Positions 7,681 to 10,062 of a stretch of DNA of 10,062 bases are shown here, one piece after another. Source of the stretch: Naegleria gruberi (lineage: Eukaryota); the NCBI GenBank assembly GCA_000004985.1, contig GG739030.1, one strand, 5' to 3'. Below the pieces are notes generated by a model. The model did not search any database. It was not told where the DNA came from and was given only the letters and a program-made list of their open reading frames with translations. Position 1 is the stretch's first letter. Each line of letters opens with the position of its first letter. A program made the position numbers and the translations under genes.

Positions 7681-8799
7681 ATGAAGTATGAAAATTTGGG
7701 TAACACTGGCATGAAAGTCTCCAAAATCTGTCTCGGATGCATGAGTTTCGGCTCACCAAAATGGTTTGATTGGGTTTTGGAAGAACCAGAATCAATGATC
7801 ATTCTCAAGAAGGCCTGGGAGTTGGGTATTAACTTCTTCGACACTGCCAACCTTTATTCGAATGGTGAAAGTGAGAGAATTTTGGGTAAATTCATTAGGG
7901 AGAATAACATTCCGAGAGAGGAAGTTGTTATTGCTACTAAGGTTTTTGGTCCGGTTGACAAGAGTGGAGAACAAAGGTACCTACCGTTGAGTGATGATAA
8001 GAAGGTGAATACTCATGGATTGTCGAGAAAGCATATTATGCATGCTGTTGAGGAATCATTGGAAAGATTGGGAACAGATTGTAAGTATTGTTGAAAATTG
8101 CAAAGTTCAGTTGACTGAATATTGTAAACAGACATTGATTTATATATTATTCATCGTTGGGATCCAGACACTCCTATTGAAGAAACCATGGAAACTTTAC
8201 ATGATTTGGTAAAATCTGGAAAGGTCAGATATATTGGTGCCTCTTTAATGTTTGCTTGGCAATTTGCTAAAGCTCAACATTATGCTGATAAGAAGGGATT
8301 GACCAAGTTTGTTTCCATGCAAAATCTCTATCATTTACTGTATAGAGAAGAGGAAAGAGACATGATTCCAATGTGTTTGGATCAGGGAGTTTCCTTAACT
8401 CCATATAGTCCACTTGCTAAGGGAATTTTGGCAAGAGCTCACGAATTTGTCAACTCTGAGAAAACAAGCAATGATGAGGATGAGGATGAGAAATCCAAGA
8501 GAGCAAATTCAGATTTCATTCAAAAACAATTCCAAGAAACCATAACTGAAGGTGATAAGGAAAATTTGAGAAGAGTTTCAGAATTGGCTAATAAGAAGAA
8601 TGTCTCACCAGCTCAAATTGCTATTGCTTGGCTATTGAAGAAGCCAGGAGTTACCAGTCCAATTGTTGGTGCCACAAAAGTATCGAATATTGAATCGTCT
8701 ATTGCTGCTTTGGATATTGAACTCACCACTGAGGAAGTCAAATATTTGGATGAATCCTACACAGCCAAAGCACCTCATCCAGTTGGTGTTAGAAAGTAA
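7681..8799 (+). CDS. Aldo-keto reductase (aryl-alcohol dehydrogenase / K+ channel beta-subunit-like subfamily). Complete: join(7681..8080, 8132..8799), 355 aa.
   Basis: N-terminus MKYENLGNTGMKVSKICLGCMSFG fits the LGxSGLxVSxLxLGxMxFG start of the AKR family. Catalytic tetrad candidates are Asp (FFDTANLYSNGESE), Tyr (NLYSNG), Lys (VIATKVFG) and His (IIHRWD). Splicing 8080|8132 gives ...[45 protein letters not shown], matching the conserved AKR block LGxDYIDLYxxHxxDxxTPxEET...AL..L...GK.RYIG.S. ATG at 7681 with A at -3. TAA stop at 8797-8799. Confidence 0.93.
8081..8131 (+). other. Spliceosomal intron, 51 nt, phase 1 (GTAAGT...AACAG), within the AKR gene.
   Basis: GTAAGT at 8081-8086. Branch-like ttgaCTGAAt. 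AG at 8130-8131. T(8080)+AC(8132-8133) gives TAC=Tyr, restoring the conserved DYIDLY motif. The unspliced frame hits a stop after GTDCKYC. Confidence 0.85.
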
Positions 8800-9067
8800 T
8801 ATATACATTCGTTATCAAGAATCCTATCATGCTGGATTAAATATCATTTCGAACTGTTTATTATAATTTCAAAAGAAACAAAACCCATGACCAATTTTAA
8901 CAAATTTTCCATCATTTACATCTGAATTATCAAATAGCACTTCAATGAAGAGGATTATCACATTATTTTATTAAAAATTTTATTAATTATTAAATTAACT
9001 CTGTTAAAGCTTTAGTTTTAACACGAAAGGCAATAATATTCAGTATTAAGATTTTAAGGTATTGAAT

Positions 9068-9185
9068 GGCTACGGCCATATCACGATGAATGCACCTCAT
9101 CCCGTCCGATTTGAGAAGTTAAGCATCGTCGAGCCACATCAGTACTGAGGTTGGAGACAACTTGGGAACCTGTGGTGCTGTAGTC
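9068..9185 (+). rRNA. 5S ribosomal RNA gene (118 nt).
   Basis: GGCTACGGCCATATCACGATGAATGCACCTCATCCCGTCCGATTTGAGAAGTTAAGCATCGTCGAGCCACATCAGTACTGAGGTTGGAGACAACTTGGGAACCTGTGGTGCTGTAGTC aligns along its length to eukaryotic 5S (GCCTACGGCCATACC...CCCGTCCGATC...GAAGTTAAGC...GTTAGTACT...GGGAGAC...TGGGAA.ACC.GGTGCTGTAGGC). The 5' GGCTACGGC pairs with the 3' GCTGTAGTC (9 bp helix I including 2 G-U). An internal box A-like GAAGTTAAGC is present. Confidence 0.92.
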
Positions 9186-9192
9186 TTTTTTT
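9186..9192 (+). terminator. RNA polymerase III terminator (T7 run) immediately 3' of the 5S gene.
   Basis: ttttttt directly after the 5S 3' end. Pol III terminates at runs of at least 4-5 T (established). Confidence 0.8.
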
Positions 9193-9278
9193 CTTTCTGT
9201 TGCTGTAAAATAGAAACAAGTCGATCCTTGTTTTTCTATTAGATACTTCTAATTGTTTCACATATTATATACATTTAT

Positions 9279-10062
9279 TTATTGTTGAATATTCTCATTG
9301 TAAACTAACCGCCTCCTTTCTTCCTCCTCATCATTAATAGTTTGCTGCTGAGAAACTTTGGCCTTTCCAAATCTATTAATGAAAATTCTTTGATACCATT
9401 TCATTTTCCTCACTGGAAAAACTTGTTGCAACAAAATTGCCATCAACAATGAAGGAATCATTAAAATGGAAACTAAAACTGAACCAAAAAAAATTAATAA
9501 CCAAGTTGGGATGGAATCTGTTGCATGTGTTGCGTAATAATTGAGAATTTGATTGATTTCTTGTTTGGTTTGGGGTTCAGATAGTTTTGTAATGGTTGCA
9601 TTGATAATTTCTGAAACAATTGTGGAAAAGTCAATGTCATTTTGTTTGAGAGATGATTTGACAGTTTCAATAACTTGTTGATTAGTGAATTGTTGGGCCA
9701 TTTGATTAATGATTGGTTGGGAATACTGTAATGAGTTTTGGAATAATTGATTGAATGGAATATTATTGAGAAGTGTTGAAATATTTTGAGAGATTGCTGA
9801 CATGGCATTATTTGTTACTGCTGTGATTTGATTCTTGTTGAGTACGTCGATAATGGCTTGTGAAACTTGAAATCTAATATTTGTTGTTACATTGTTTACA
9901 ACATTTTCAATTGCTTGTTCCAATTTTTTGAAGAGTTTTTCGAAAATATTCGAATCAGCTAGAGAAGGAAGGGAAAACCTTTCGTCCACAGATCTTCCAC
10001 TGCCGGTGTGATGAGGATTATGATTAGGAAGGTGATTGTTAGGCTCGGAGAGTGCGGTTTTA
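9279..10062 (-). CDS. Hypothetical Q/N-rich membrane protein with a single C-proximal transmembrane helix. N-terminus lies beyond the window end.
   Basis: Minus-strand frame open from the window edge (10061) to TAA at 9281-9279, at least 260 codons. In-window translation: ...KTALSEPNNHLPNHNPHHTGSGRSVDERFSLPSLADS...PTWLLIFFGSVLVSILMIPSLLMAILLQQVFPVRKMKWYQRIF...EEEERRRLVYNENIQQ*. A 25-residue hydrophobic stretch is followed by a basic stop-transfer sequence (RKMKWYQR). Codon usage (caa, aat, att, ttg) matches the other genes. An open frame this long is unlikely by chance in 67% AT DNA. Confidence 0.65.
   Translation of the reverse strand, partial: KTALSEPNNHLPNHNPHHTGSGRSVDERFSLPSLADSNIFEKLFKKLEQAIENVVNNVTTNIRFQVSQAIIDVLNKNQITAVTNNAMSAISQNISTLLNNIPFNQLFQNSLQYSQPIINQMAQQFTNQQVIETVKSSLKQNDIDFSTIVSEIINATITKLSEPQTKQEINQILNYYATHATDSIPTWLLIFFGSVLVSILMIPSLLMAILLQQVFPVRKMKWYQRIFINRFGKAKVSQQQTINDEEEERRRLVYNENIQQ

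Noticed and set aside
7505-7974. Minus-strand ORFs 7505-7795, 7665-7850 and 7792-7974 overlapping the AKR promoter and first exon.
   Set aside because: They are antisense to a strongly supported AKR exon and to the A-rich leader. Their translations are Cys/Phe-rich nonsense with no domain resemblance.
8015-8212. ORF 8015-8212(+) bridging the two AKR ORFs.
   Set aside because: It is an off-frame read-through of the 51-nt intron and adjacent exon sequence. The conserved AKR motif is restored only by splicing 8080|8132.
8835-8850. TTCGAA and GGTTCAG-like strings (8841 region, 9560 region) checked as possible tRNA T-arms.
   Set aside because: There is no GGTTCGAATCC-type T-loop with a matching acceptor stem or anticodon arm. 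No tRNA cloverleaf could be built.
8663-8866. ORF 8663-8866(+) overlapping the AKR 3' end.
   Set aside because: It sits in an alternative frame inside the AKR coding region, runs into the 3' UTR, and has no support.
8940-9000. AT-only low-complexity stretch (ttattaaaaattttattaattattaaattaa) with small palindromes.
   Set aside because: This is ordinary intergenic AT-rich simple sequence in a 67% AT genome. It has no defined repeat unit or structured arms.
9494-9808. ORF 9494-9808(-) overlapping the minus-strand membrane-protein gene in another frame.
   Set aside because: It is nested off-frame within the longer, codon-usage-consistent ORF 9279-10062(-).

Overview
This is AT-rich (~67% AT) eukaryotic nuclear DNA from a compact, intron-poor genome. 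Introns are short (43-51 nt) with GTAAGT donors and A-rich 5' leaders, which fits a fungus or protist; I will not name the organism. I can support four protein-coding genes and one RNA gene. A 4,178-nt run of N (3026-7203) is an assembly gap.

- **Gene 1 (+ strand, 5'-partial, about 4-1452):** a hydrophobic helix and linker exon, a 47-nt intron, then a divergent class III nucleotidyl-cyclase homology domain. Key catalytic positions look substituted. A 43-nt 3' intron likely joins the separately reported small ORF 1237-1452 as a TPR-like C-terminal exon.
- **Gene 2 (+ strand, about 1540-3025, continuing into the gap):** an F-box followed by at least 16 tandem, near-identical 72-bp (24-aa) ribonuclease-inhibitor-like LRR units (consensus IGDEGAK[F/S]ISEMKQLTSLxIGxNx). 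This array is almost certainly why the assembly collapsed. Its 5' start needs either a tiny ATGA first exon plus an intron, or a frameshift in an A-homopolymer region.
- **Gene 3 (+ strand, 7681-8799):** a complete aldo-keto reductase of the aryl-alcohol-dehydrogenase/Kv-beta-like type. Its 51-nt phase-1 intron (8081-8131) made the ORF track split it into two ORFs.
- **5S rRNA gene (+ strand, 9068-9185):** solitary, followed by a T7 run.
- **Gene 4 (- strand, 9279 to beyond 10062):** a Q/N-rich protein with a C-proximal transmembrane helix and no recognisable family.

All other short ORFs in the track are antisense or off-frame artefacts. The all-X ORFs across the gap are meaningless.
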